Below, piece after piece: positions 27,227 through 35,739 of a DNA stretch of 64,000 nt. The stretch is from a bacterium (lineage in GTDB: Bacteria > Sysuimicrobiota > Sysuimicrobiia > Sysuimicrobiales > Humicultoraceae), in the NCBI GenBank assembly GCA_036004665.1, contig DASYRG010000015.1, positions 1,885 through 65,884 on the forward strand, given 5' to 3'. The translations under genes and the position numbers were made by a program. Each line of letters opens with the position of its first letter. The stretch's first letter is position 1. The notes beneath the pieces were generated by a model. The model made no database searches, was not told the origin of the DNA, and saw only the letters and a program-made list of their open reading frames with translations.

Positions 27227-27886
27227 ATGGCCACCTTCAGCCAGGCGATTCAGGATTACCTCAAGGTCATCTACAAGATCGGCCGGCGGGGGAGAGCGGT
27301 CACCACCACCGCCCTGGCCCAGCGCATGGGCGTGTCCGCGGCGTCGGCCACCAACATGGTGAAACGGCTGACGCGCCTGGGCCTGGTGCGCCACACCCCC
27401 TACCGCGCCGCGGTGCTCACCCCGGAGGGGGAGCGGGCGGCGCTCGAGATCATCCGCCACCACCGGCTGCTGGAGCTCTTTCTCCACGAACACCTGGGGC
27501 TGGGGCTCGACCAGGTGCACGATGAGGCAGAAGAGCTCGAGCACGTCCTCTCCGAGCCGGTTGAATCGCGCATCGCTGCGATGCTGGGACACCCCACCGC
27601 CGATCCGCACGGAGATCCGATCCCCTCGCACGGCGGCGCCGTCACGGAGATCGCGCACCCCCGCCTGGGCGATCTCGCCCCCGGAGCGGGCGGACAGGTC
27701 GTGCGCGTGAGCGACGAGAACCCGCGCCGCCTGCGCCGCCTGGCCACCCTGGGTCTGGTGCCGGGCGCGCGCGTGCGGGTGCTGCGCCGCGGCGCCGCCG
27801 GAACGCTGGCCGCAGTGGCCGGCGGACGGCCCCGCCGTGTCAGCGCCCAGCTGGCCCGGGCCGTCTTCGTGGCTCCGCGGGGCTAG
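27227..27886 (+). CDS. DtxR/MntR-family metal-dependent transcriptional repressor with a C-terminal FeoA/SH3-like domain
   Basis: AIQDYLKVIYKI...TTTALAQRMGVSAASATNMVKRL (winged HTH), followed by the metal-site region HEAEELEHVLS and a FeoA-like tail. Confidence 0.85.
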   Translation: MATFSQAIQDYLKVIYKIGRRGRAVTTTALAQRMGVSAASATNMVKRLTRLGLVRHTPYRAAVLTPEGERAALEIIRHHRLLELFLHEHLGLGLDQVHDEAEELEHVLSEPVESRIAAMLGHPTADPHGDPIPSHGGAVTEIAHPRLGDLAPGAGGQVVRVSDENPRRLRRLATLGLVPGARVRVLRRGAAGTLAAVAGGRPRRVSAQLARAVFVAPRG

Positions 27887-27963
27887 CCGCGCGGCCAATC
27901 TGTCCCGGCGAAGGGATTTTGGGTACAACCCAGTCAAGGCGCCGGCCGGCCGATCAGGCTGAA

Positions 27964-27993
27964 TTGACACGGCGGTCGGCCGGTGCCTATACT
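27964..27993 (+). promoter_or_regulatory. Near-consensus sigma-70/SigA-type promoter (TTGACA-N18-TATACT) upstream of prkA
   Basis: The hexamers were read directly: -35 at 27964-27969 and -10 at 27988-27993. It lies about 215 nt upstream of the prkA ATG. Confidence 0.5.
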
Positions 27994-28148
27994 CCCCGGC
28001 AAGGTTCCACTGCCGGGGAACTTCGTCGCCACCTGAGACCGTTCTTGAAGCGAAGCCGATGAGACAGGCAGCGGAATCGGACGTCACGGGACGAGGAGGA
28101 CACCCGGGAAGGGCAGAGGGGCAGCCGCGCGCCCGGGAGTAAGCATCT

Positions 28149-28179
28149 GACGGCCCAGTCGGCACCCGGCTGGGCCGTC
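28149..28179 (+). promoter_or_regulatory. Strong GC hairpin in the prkA 5' leader; possible attenuator or structured-leader element
   Basis: GACGGCCCAG-t-CGG-cac-CCG-g-CUGGGCCGUC, with a perfect 10-bp outer stem, ending 17 nt before the GGAG RBS. A second 8-bp hairpin, CCCCGGCA..UGCCGGGG, lies at 27994-28018. Confidence 0.35.
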
Positions 28180-28209
28180 GCCTATTCTCGAGCCGGAGCT
28201 GAGACGACG

Positions 28210-29883
28210 ATGCAGACCGCCCATCACACAGCGACGACCGTCGGACGGTACCTTGAAACCGCCGCAGGCGACCCGCGTCTGCGCCGCACCACCCACCACT
28301 ACATCTCCGACATGATCGACTACTTCGGGCCGGAGCGCGTCTTCGAGGGCGTCTACGGCATGGAGCCGCAGCTCGTCGACATCGTAGCCTACTTCAAGGC
28401 GTACTCGATGAGCATGGAGCGGCGCCTCCTCCTGCTGGTGGGGCCGCAGGGATCTGGGAAGTCGATGACCGTGGACCGGCTGAAGCGGCGCCTGGAGGAG
28501 TACTCCCGCACCGAGCCCGGACTGCTCATGGCAGTCGAAGGGTGTCCCTTCCATCAGCACCCCTTCGACCTCGTTCCCGCCGCCGACCTGGAACGCGCCG
28601 GATTCTACTGGCACGAGGAGGCAACGCCCTGCCCCATCTGCGAGCGGCTGATCGCGCGTGTGGGATGGGAGGCCGTGCCCCTGCGGCCGATCCGCATTTC
28701 CGCGCGCGACAAGGTCGGCGTGGCCAAACACACCCCCACCGACTTGCGCCGCGAAGACATCACCAACTTCGTCGGCAACATCAACTTCGCGCTCCTGCGC
28801 GAGCGCGGCTCCACCTACGACCCGGACGCCTACGACTTCGAAGGGAAGATCATCTGGGCGAACCGCGGGATCCTGGACTGGACCGAGGTCTTCAAGTCCC
28901 GCCGCCAGCTCCTCAGCCTGCTCCTGGAGTTGATCCAATCCAAACGCGTGGACCTGGCCAATTTTCCCTCGGTGCACGTGGACGAGGTCGTCATCGGCCA
29001 CAGCAATTACCCCGAGTACAACGTCTTTCTGGCCGAGGACATCATGGAGCCGCTGCGCGGGCGGATCCACAAGATCGACTTCCCCTACAACGTGGATCTC
29101 GCCGGCGAGAAGCGCATCTACGCCACGGAGGTCGAGCGGGCCAACCGGGTGCGCAGCGAGAGCAAGCACGTGCCCGACGACGCCCTCGAGTTGGCGGCGC
29201 GCTACGCGCTGAAGACGCGGGAGGAGAGCCAGGGCGTGCGCGGGCTGAGCCCGCGGTTCTTCGAGGATGCCTTCTCCTACGCCTACACCCTGGGGGAGCG
29301 CTGCCTCGACCTGGAGACGGTGGCCGCGTCGATCGAGCGCACGTTTCAGCACCAGTCGATCAAGGACCTCAACCTGAAGGAGCTGCTCAAGCAGTTCGAA
29401 GAGACCAAGATCGAATTCATCAACAGCAAGATCGACATGATCGTGGAAGACCTCATCCCCACGCACTTCTACGACTACGGGCAGAACCTCTACTTGAACT
29501 ACCTGGACGCGGCGGCGCGGCGGGTCGGGGGCGAGACCCTCTCTGACTCGGAGAAGGAGCTGGTGGATGAGGTCGAGGGCATCATGGTCCAGAAGCGGCA
29601 GATCAGCCGCCAGGGCCGCGTCGCCTTCGAGAACGTGCTGTTGGAACGCCGCGACGAGCTACAGAAGATGTCCTACAAGGACAACGAGCACTTGCGGCCG
29701 GTGATCAACGAGATCGTCTTCAGCAAGATCAAGAACCTGCTGCGCCTGTACGAGAAGAGCGAGGAGTTCGACGCGCGCAGCCAGGAGCTGCTGGACGTCC
29801 TCTACCAGACCGCGATCACCGAAGGCGGGTACTGCCCGGTCTGCGCCCGGGCGCTCTTCAAGGTCATCGGGCGGAGCTTCTGA
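28210..29883 (+). CDS. prkA: PrkA-family serine protein kinase (AAA+ / PrkA C-terminal domains)
   Basis: Walker A LLLVGPQGSGKS with PrkA-type conservation. It is followed by yhbH and spoVR homologues. Confidence 0.88.
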   Translation: MQTAHHTATTVGRYLETAAGDPRLRRTTHHYISDMIDYFGPERVFEGVYGMEPQLVDIVAYFKAYSMSMERRLLLLVGPQGSGKSMTVDRLKRRLEEYSRTEPGLLMAVEGCPFHQHPFDLVPAADLERAGFYWHEEATPCPICERLIARVGWEAVPLRPIRISARDKVGVAKHTPTDLRREDITNFVGNINFALLRERGSTYDPDAYDFEGKIIWANRGILDWTEVFKSRRQLLSLLLELIQSKRVDLANFPSVHVDEVVIGHSNYPEYNVFLAEDIMEPLRGRIHKIDFPYNVDLAGEKRIYATEVERANRVRSESKHVPDDALELAARYALKTREESQGVRGLSPRFFEDAFSYAYTLGERCLDLETVAASIERTFQHQSIKDLNLKELLKQFEETKIEFINSKIDMIVEDLIPTHFYDYGQNLYLNYLDAAARRVGGETLSDSEKELVDEVEGIMVQKRQISRQGRVAFENVLLERRDELQKMSYKDNEHLRPVINEIVFSKIKNLLRLYEKSEEFDARSQELLDVLYQTAITEGGYCPVCARALFKVIGRSF

Positions 29884-29884
29884 G

Positions 29885-31057
29885 GTGCCCCCGCTGCGGA
29901 TTCACCGCGCCCGCATCGCCCAGCATAAGCACGACCGGCTGCTGCGGGAGTACCTCAAGCAGAACCTCAACGAGCTAATCCAGCAGAAAGAGCTGATCAT
30001 CGACGGTCGGATCAAGACGCAGATCGCCACCCTCGACCTGCCCACCCTGCGCTACGGAGAGGAAAGCACGCTGCTGGCGCAGGGCAAGGGGACCGGCGCG
30101 GGCGATAGCGGCAAGCGTGGCGGGCGGGACGGCGCCGCGGAGGAGATGCAGGCCCTGGGCGGGCTCCTCGGCGGGGATCACCACGGCCGGGAGCTGCGCG
30201 TGGAGCTGGATTTCGACGAGTTCGTGCGGCTGGCCCAGGAGGTGCTGCTGGAGGAGATCCACCTGCCTCCGCTCTCCGTACCGGGTGCGGCCGGCGAGAT
30301 GGAGTCCGAGGACATGCCCGAGCTCGACGACCTGGACCGCATCGGGCTGCGTCCCGACCTGAACCTGGAAGAGACGATGCTCAGTTCGCTGCTGCGCAAC
30401 GTGCGCGAGCGGGGCGCGCTGGATTACGACGTGGACCTGCGGCAGGACGGCTGGTACTTCATCGAGGACCCCACCACCTACCGCAACCACCGCTCCCTGG
30501 AGGTTTACGTCCTGGACATCTCCGGCTCGATGCGCGGGGAGTACCTGGCGCTGGTGCGCAAGACCATCTTCGTCCTCTGGTACTACCTGGAGCGGCGCTA
30601 CCCCACCAACCTGCGGCGCTACGTCGTCTTCCAGGACGTGGCCACCGAGAAGGTCCGCGACGACTTCTTCTGCGTGGAATCCAGCGGCGGCACGCACATC
30701 TCCACCGGGTTCGAGAAGGCGATGGCGCTGCTGGAGGGCGCCACCGAGTACGACCGCTTCCTCTTCCTCTTCACCGACGGGGAGACCAGCTCGGGCGACT
30801 TCGACCTCGCCAAGCGGCGATATGAAGAGGCGCTGCGGCGCTTCGACCTGGTCTGCTACGGGCACGTCAACCCCGGCGGGCGCGGCATCGGCGGGTTCTC
30901 GGAATACGTGCACGAGAACGTGCGCCGCTCATCCAACGGCACGTTCGCCAACCTGGTGGACGTGGAGTCGATCCGCACCGCCATGGGAGAGTTCTTGAAC
31001 CTGCTCACCCGGGAGGGGAGTCGTGGAGGGGTTCGCGCGCTACGCGCCGATCATTGA
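29885..31057 (+). CDS. yhbH: YhbH/YeaH family protein (DUF444, vWA-like)
   Basis: The GTG start lies 1 nt after the prkA stop. It contains VLDISGSM (MIDAS-like) and FTDGETS motifs typical of DUF444. Confidence 0.85.
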   Translation: MPPLRIHRARIAQHKHDRLLREYLKQNLNELIQQKELIIDGRIKTQIATLDLPTLRYGEESTLLAQGKGTGAGDSGKRGGRDGAAEEMQALGGLLGGDHHGRELRVELDFDEFVRLAQEVLLEEIHLPPLSVPGAAGEMESEDMPELDDLDRIGLRPDLNLEETMLSSLLRNVRERGALDYDVDLRQDGWYFIEDPTTYRNHRSLEVYVLDISGSMRGEYLALVRKTIFVLWYYLERRYPTNLRRYVVFQDVATEKVRDDFFCVESSGGTHISTGFEKAMALLEGATEYDRFLFLFTDGETSSGDFDLAKRRYEEALRRFDLVCYGHVNPGGRGIGGFSEYVHENVRRSSNGTFANLVDVESIRTAMGEFLNLLTREGSRGGVRALRADH

Positions 31058-32183
31058 GCGGATCGAAGCGCTGGCCCGCGCGCGCGGGCTCTCCTTCGAT
31101 CCCGTGTACTTCCGCCTCACCGACTCTGATGAGATCGCGGAAGTCGCCAGCATGGGCCTGCCCAACCGCTTCATCCACTGGTACTGGGGCGGCGCCTACA
31201 AGGAATTGGTGGCGCAGCAGAACAAGGACCTCTTCAGCATCCTCGAACTGGTGCTGAACACCAACCCCTCCCACGCCTTCCTGCGCGCGAACAACACCTA
31301 CCTGCAGAACGTGCTGGTGATCGCGCACGTCTTCGGCCATCTCGATTTCTTCAAGAACAACCACTGGTACCGCAAGTCGAACAAGAACATGCTCAACGAG
31401 GCCGAGCTGCACGCCCGCCTGATCCGGCGCTACGAAGGCAAGCACGGGCGCGAGAAGGTGGAGTCGCTCCTCGACGCCCTCCTCACCGTGGCCACCACGG
31501 TGAACGCGTTCGAGCGCAGCGCGGAGGTGCGGCGCCGCCGGCTGATCTACTTCCTGGAGGACCGCGCGCCCCTGGAGGACTACGAGCGCCACCTGCTGCA
31601 GTCGGTGCGGGAGGAGGCGGAGTACTTCGACCTGATTCAGCGCACCCACATCATCAATGAGGGCTGGGCCACCTTCGTCGAGGCGGAGTTGCTGCGCGAG
31701 ATCCTGGACCCGCAGGAATGGGTGAGCATCTCGGTGCAGTTGTCCAGCCGCCCGGCGCCCTACACCATCGGCTACAGCCTCTTCAAGGCGATTCGGGACG
31801 GGCGGGGGTTTGACGCGGCGCTCGACGCGCGCACCTACTACGAGGACGTGATGCTGATCCAGGACGCCCTAACCGAGGACCTGATCCGGCGTCTCGACAT
31901 CTTCGTCTACGACCCCAAGGAGAAGCAGAAGTCCTACGACATCCAGCGCGTCCGCGACATGCTGATCGACCAGAAGGAGCACAAGGGGCAGCCCCACGTC
32001 GAGGTGGAGGTGGGGCACCACCGCGACCTCACCCTGGTCCACCGGGAGGAGGAGCGCAAGCTGGAGGCCAAGCGCATCGCCCTCTTCCTGCGCGCCGTGC
32101 ACTCCCTCTGGCGCAACCCCGTGCGGCTGCGCGCCAACGGCAAAGTGTTCAGTTATGATCGCCGCGGCTTTTCGTCCACATAA
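31023..32183 (+). CDS. spoVR: SpoVR family protein
   Basis: GLPNRFIHWYWGG, HVFGHLDFFKNN and INEGWATFVE motifs. The GTG start at 31023 overlaps the yhbH end by 35 nt. Confidence 0.88.
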   Translation: MEGFARYAPIIERIEALARARGLSFDPVYFRLTDSDEIAEVASMGLPNRFIHWYWGGAYKELVAQQNKDLFSILELVLNTNPSHAFLRANNTYLQNVLVIAHVFGHLDFFKNNHWYRKSNKNMLNEAELHARLIRRYEGKHGREKVESLLDALLTVATTVNAFERSAEVRRRRLIYFLEDRAPLEDYERHLLQSVREEAEYFDLIQRTHIINEGWATFVEAELLREILDPQEWVSISVQLSSRPAPYTIGYSLFKAIRDGRGFDAALDARTYYEDVMLIQDALTEDLIRRLDIFVYDPKEKQKSYDIQRVRDMLIDQKEHKGQPHVEVEVGHHRDLTLVHREEERKLEAKRIALFLRAVHSLWRNPVRLRANGKVFSYDRRGFSST

Positions 32184-32187
32184 CTCA

Positions 32188-32262
32188 AGAGGCCAAGAGC
32201 GGCACCCTCCGAAAACCGACAGATAGGATCACGGTTTTCATCGGGTGCCGCTCTTAGCCTCT
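32188..32262. repeat. Nested long hairpin repeat, unit 1 (75 nt)
   Basis: AGAGGCCAAGAGCGGCACCC pairs with GGGTGCCGCTCTTAGCCTCT (19 of 20 positions). The inner stem is GAAAACCG / CGGTTTTC around a 13-nt loop, ACAGATAGGATCA. Confidence 0.75.
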
Positions 32263-32308
32263 CAGAGTCACGCCGAGTAAAGGCCACGCACGGAACTGAC
32301 CTCTTGTG

Positions 32309-32381
32309 TAAGGCTGCAGAGCACGTCTGAGGAAACCGTGATCCCGTAGTTCGGTTTCCGAGGATGGGCTCTGCAGCCTTA
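32309..32381. repeat. Nested long hairpin repeat, unit 2 (73 nt); related to unit 1 but in inverted orientation
   Basis: TAAGGCTGCAGAGC pairs with GCTCTGCAGCCTTA (14 of 14). The inner stem is GGAAACCG / CGGTTTCC. The reverse-complemented core GGGATCACGGTTTCC resembles the unit 1 core AGGATCACGGTTTTC. Confidence 0.75.
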
Positions 32382-32394
32382 GCTAAACGCTCCG

Positions 32395-32871
32395 TTAGTG
32401 GGTGGTGTGAAAGTCGGAGGGCTTGACGTCGTTGAGGAACTTCTTCCACTCTTCCATGTCGCTCTCGTCAAACGACTTCTTCAACTGAATCGCCTGCGCG
32501 GCCACCTTCTCCTCGACGAAGATGGGGGCCTCCATGCGCAGGGCCACGGCGATGGCGTCGCTGGGACGGGAGTCAATCACCATCGCGGTGCCGTTCTGCG
32601 CCACGTGGATTTCGGCGAAGTAGGTGTTGTCCCGGACATCGGTGACGACGATGCGGGAGATGCTCGCCTTCAGTTCGCTGAGGAGGGTGCGCACCAGGTC
32701 GTGGGTCATCGGTCGGGGCGGTCGCACGCCCTGTAGTTCCATGGCGATGGCAGTGGCCTCCGCCTGTCCGATCCAGATGGGGAGGGCCATCGTCTCCGGC
32801 TGATCGACCAGAAGGACGACGGGGTTCATCTGCTGGTCCAGCGCCACGCCTCGTACCTTCATCTGCAGCAC
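32395..32871 (-). CDS. Bifunctional nuclease family protein (BFN / DUF151)
   Basis: VVLLVDQPETMALPIWIGQAEATAIAMEL...MTHDL...DSRPSDAIAVALR is characteristic of DUF151. Confidence 0.8.
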   Translation of the reverse strand: MLQMKVRGVALDQQMNPVVLLVDQPETMALPIWIGQAEATAIAMELQGVRPPRPMTHDLVRTLLSELKASISRIVVTDVRDNTYFAEIHVAQNGTAMVIDSRPSDAIAVALRMEAPIFVEEKVAAQAIQLKKSFDESDMEEWKKFLNDVKPSDFHTTH

Positions 32872-32996
32872 GAGCGTCTCCCCCTCCCAGATGTTTCCTT
32901 CGCCGGCGGAGCGTCCGCGGGTATCGCGCGTATTATATCATTACCCCGTGACGGGGCTGTCCAGGCCCGCGCGCCAGTGGAGAGAGGAGCGGTGGG

Positions 32997-33545
32997 ATGG
33001 CTGGGTGGATCGTGATCGGCATCGTCGTCCTGCTCGTGCTCTACGTCGTCTACCTCTACAACAAGCTCGTCGTGCTGCGGAACCGCATCAACAACGCGTG
33101 GTCGCAGATCGACGTGCAGCTGCGCCGCCGCTACGACCTGATCCCCAACCTGGTGGAGGCGGTGAAGGGATACGCCAGCCACGAGCGAGAGGTCTTCGAG
33201 CGCGTGACGGAGGCGCGTGCCCGGGCCATCGCCGCAGGGTCGGTCGGGGAGCAATCGCAGGCGGAGAACATGCTCACCGGCGCGCTGCGCAGCCTCTTTG
33301 CCGTCGCGGAAGCCTACCCGCAGCTGCGGGCGACCGAGAACTTCCAGCAGCTGCAGGAAGAGCTGTCCGGCACCGAGAGCAAGATCGCCTTCGCCCGCCA
33401 GTTCTATAACGACACCGTCCTCCGCTACGAGAACCTGCGCCAGTCCTTCCCCACCGCGCTGCTGGCCGGCGCCTTTGGCTTCGGCGGGCGCGAGTACTTC
33501 GAGATGGAGGAGGCGGCGCGCGAGCCGGTCAAGGTGCAGTTCTGA
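32997..33545 (+). CDS. lemA: LemA family protein
   Basis: N-terminal TM segment followed by [34 protein letters not shown]...AYPQLRA...ARQFYND. An AGGAG RBS lies upstream. Confidence 0.9.
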   Translation: MAGWIVIGIVVLLVLYVVYLYNKLVVLRNRINNAWSQIDVQLRRRYDLIPNLVEAVKGYASHEREVFERVTEARARAIAAGSVGEQSQAENMLTGALRSLFAVAEAYPQLRATENFQQLQEELSGTESKIAFARQFYNDTVLRYENLRQSFPTALLAGAFGFGGREYFEMEEAAREPVKVQF

Positions 33546-33569
33546 TCAGAGCTGAGCTGACTCCGCGGC

Positions 33570-34487
33570 ATGTACGAGCACATTGAGCGCAACGCGCGGG
33601 TCACCTGGCTGCTGCTGGCGTTCTTCGTCCTGCTGATCCTGGCCCTCGGGTACGCCGTCGGCGAGGTCAGCGATGTCGGCTACGCGGCGCTCCCGGTGGC
33701 CGCCGTTGTCGCGGGCGTCTCGGCGACCTCGTCCTACCTTTACGGTGACCGCCTCGTGCTCGCCGTCAGCGGCGCCCGCGAGGTCAGCCACGACGAGCAG
33801 CCCTTCCTGCACAACACCGTCGAGGGGTTGGCCATCGCCGCCGGGATCCCCAAGCCGCGCGTCTATCTGATCGCCGATTCGGCCCCCAACGCCTTCGCGA
33901 CCGGCCGGAATCCCGAGCACGCCTCCATCGCCGTCACCACCGGGCTGCTCGAGAAGCTGGATCGCCTGGAACTCGAAGGGGTCCTCGCTCACGAGATGGC
34001 GCACATCCAGCACATGGACATCCGTCTCTCTACCCTCGTCGTCGTGCTCGTGGGGATGGTGGCGCTGGTCTCCGACTGGTTCTGGCGCTCGATGCGCTGG
34101 GGGGGCCGCCGCCGCTCCCGGGACGGCGGGGGCGCGGCGGGGCTGCTCGCGCTGTTCGCCCTGGTGCTGGCGATCTTTGCGCCGCTGGCGGCGCAGCTGA
34201 TCCGTTTTGCCGTCTCCCGCCGCCGCGAGCTTCTCGCCGACGCCGGAGGCGCCATGCTGACCCGCTACCCGGCCGGTCTGGCGAGCGCGCTGGCCAAACT
34301 GGACGCCGATCGCGAGCCGTTGGAAGTGGCCAACAAAGCGACGGCCCATCTCTACATCGTCAATCCCTTGAAGGAGTGGGGCGGGTCCCTCAACTCCCTG
34401 TTCAACACGCACCCGCCGATCGAGGAGCGCATCCGGCGGCTTCGGGACATGGCCGGGCCGACCGCGGACTTCCCCCCGGCGCGGTGA
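33570..34487 (+). CDS. M48-family zinc metalloprotease (HtpX-like)
   Basis: HEMAHIQHMD (HExxH), multiple TM segments, and the usual pairing with lemA. Confidence 0.85.
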   Translation: MYEHIERNARVTWLLLAFFVLLILALGYAVGEVSDVGYAALPVAAVVAGVSATSSYLYGDRLVLAVSGAREVSHDEQPFLHNTVEGLAIAAGIPKPRVYLIADSAPNAFATGRNPEHASIAVTTGLLEKLDRLELEGVLAHEMAHIQHMDIRLSTLVVVLVGMVALVSDWFWRSMRWGGRRRSRDGGGAAGLLALFALVLAIFAPLAAQLIRFAVSRRRELLADAGGAMLTRYPAGLASALAKLDADREPLEVANKATAHLYIVNPLKEWGGSLNSLFNTHPPIEERIRRLRDMAGPTADFPPAR

Positions 34488-34646
34488 CCCTTCCGCCTGA
34501 CCGGCAGGCAGGAGTTCCCGCCTGAAAGGCGAACATTTTGGCGCTGGCGAGTAGCGGGGCGTGGGAGAGAGAACCCCGGCCGCCCCTTTCGACACAGGAA
34601 GCACGCCGTTTCGTTTTCCCACCCAAATCGCCCGCCCGGAGGCGCG

Positions 34647-35699
34647 ATGCGCGTTTTCGTTGTCACCTTGATGCTCCTCGCGGTCGCGGCTCCGGCGGCG
34701 TTTGCCGCGCAATCCTACACCGTGCGCGAGGGCGACACCCTCTGGGACATCGCCTCCCGCTATCAGGTTTCAGTCGAGGCGATCGCCCGGGCCAGCGGCC
34801 TCCCCGACGTTGACTCCCTCCTCCAGCCGGGACAGCGGCTGGTCATCCCCGTCTCCTCCGCCCGGGCGCCTTCCCAGGCTCCCTCCGCGTCCTTTCCGAG
34901 CCAGCGGTATCAGGTGAAGGCGGGAGACACGCTGTGGGTCCTGGCTCGCCGCTTCGGCATGGGGGTCGACGCACTTGCGACACTCAACCGCATCGGCACG
35001 GAGAGCACACTGAGCATCGGCCAGGTCCTCAAGCTCAGGGCGCCACGGGCGCGCGTCGCTCCCCCTGCGGCGCCGTCTTACCACATCGAGCGGTATCGGG
35101 TGCGGCCGGGGGACACGCTCTGGGTGATCGCCCGGCGGTTCGGGATGGGCGTGGGCGAACTCGCCGCCCTCAACGGGATCGGCGCCGCCTCCACGCTCCG
35201 CATCGGACAGACGCTCAAGGTGAAGGCCTTCCGCGCCCGCACCGTCCCCGCCGCCTCCGGTCCAGCCTCCCCGGCCGCGGCGCCGCCCAAGGCATCGCCG
35301 GTCAGGGCGCGCGTCCTCCCATATCGGGGGACCCAATGGGCCGGCAGCCTGATCGGCCTCTCCCGCCGCTTCATCGGCACGCGCTATCGCTGGGGCGCCA
35401 CCGGACCGGGAGCGTTCGATTGCTCCGGCTTCCTGCAGTACGTGCACGCGCGCATGGGCGTTTCGCTGCCCCGCACCACCAACGCCATGTTCGCCGCCGG
35501 CCGGCGGGTGCCGCCTGGTGAACTCAAGCCCGGCGACATGGTCTTCTTCACCACCTACCGCCCCGGCCCGTCGCACGCCGGCATCTACCTCGGCAACGAT
35601 CAGTTCATCCACTCCTCCTCCGCCTACGGCAGCGTGACGATCACGCCGATGAGCAAGCAGTATTACAAGAACCGGTACCTGGGAGCCCGCCGCTTCTAG
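34647..35699 (+). CDS. Secreted peptidoglycan hydrolase with three LysM domains and a C-terminal NlpC/P60 domain
   Basis: Signal peptide MRVFVVTLMLLAVAAPAAFA. Three repeats of the Y.V..GDTLW.IA.R type are present. The NlpC/P60 catalytic Cys motif FDCSGF is followed by ..GDMVFF..SHAGIYLG. Confidence 0.88.
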   Translation: MRVFVVTLMLLAVAAPAAFAAQSYTVREGDTLWDIASRYQVSVEAIARASGLPDVDSLLQPGQRLVIPVSSARAPSQAPSASFPSQRYQVKAGDTLWVLARRFGMGVDALATLNRIGTESTLSIGQVLKLRAPRARVAPPAAPSYHIERYRVRPGDTLWVIARRFGMGVGELAALNGIGAASTLRIGQTLKVKAFRARTVPAASGPASPAAAPPKASPVRARVLPYRGTQWAGSLIGLSRRFIGTRYRWGATGPGAFDCSGFLQYVHARMGVSLPRTTNAMFAAGRRVPPGELKPGDMVFFTTYRPGPSHAGIYLGNDQFIHSSSAYGSVTITPMSKQYYKNRYLGARRF

Positions 35700-35739
35700 A
35701 TCCGCTGGACGCCGTCCCGACCCGCCGTATCCTGAAGAG

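Noticed and set aside
28059-28142. A 27-codon uORF (MRQAAESDVTGRGGHPGRAEGQPRARE) in the prkA leader.
   Set aside because: It has no convincing Shine-Dalgarno sequence, and its composition resembles the shadow frames. It is more likely non-coding structured leader.
34488-34646. A possible cyclic-di-AMP (ydaO-type) riboswitch in the 159-nt leader of the LysM-NlpC/P60 hydrolase gene. Such genes often carry one.
   Set aside because: I found hairpins (CAGGC..GCCTG; GGGGCG..CGCCCC followed by TTTCG). I could not find the conserved ydaO core elements by eye, such as the ACCCGACAGCUAAC-like segment or the pseudo-two-fold layout. A cmscan with RF00379 would be needed, so I did not call it.
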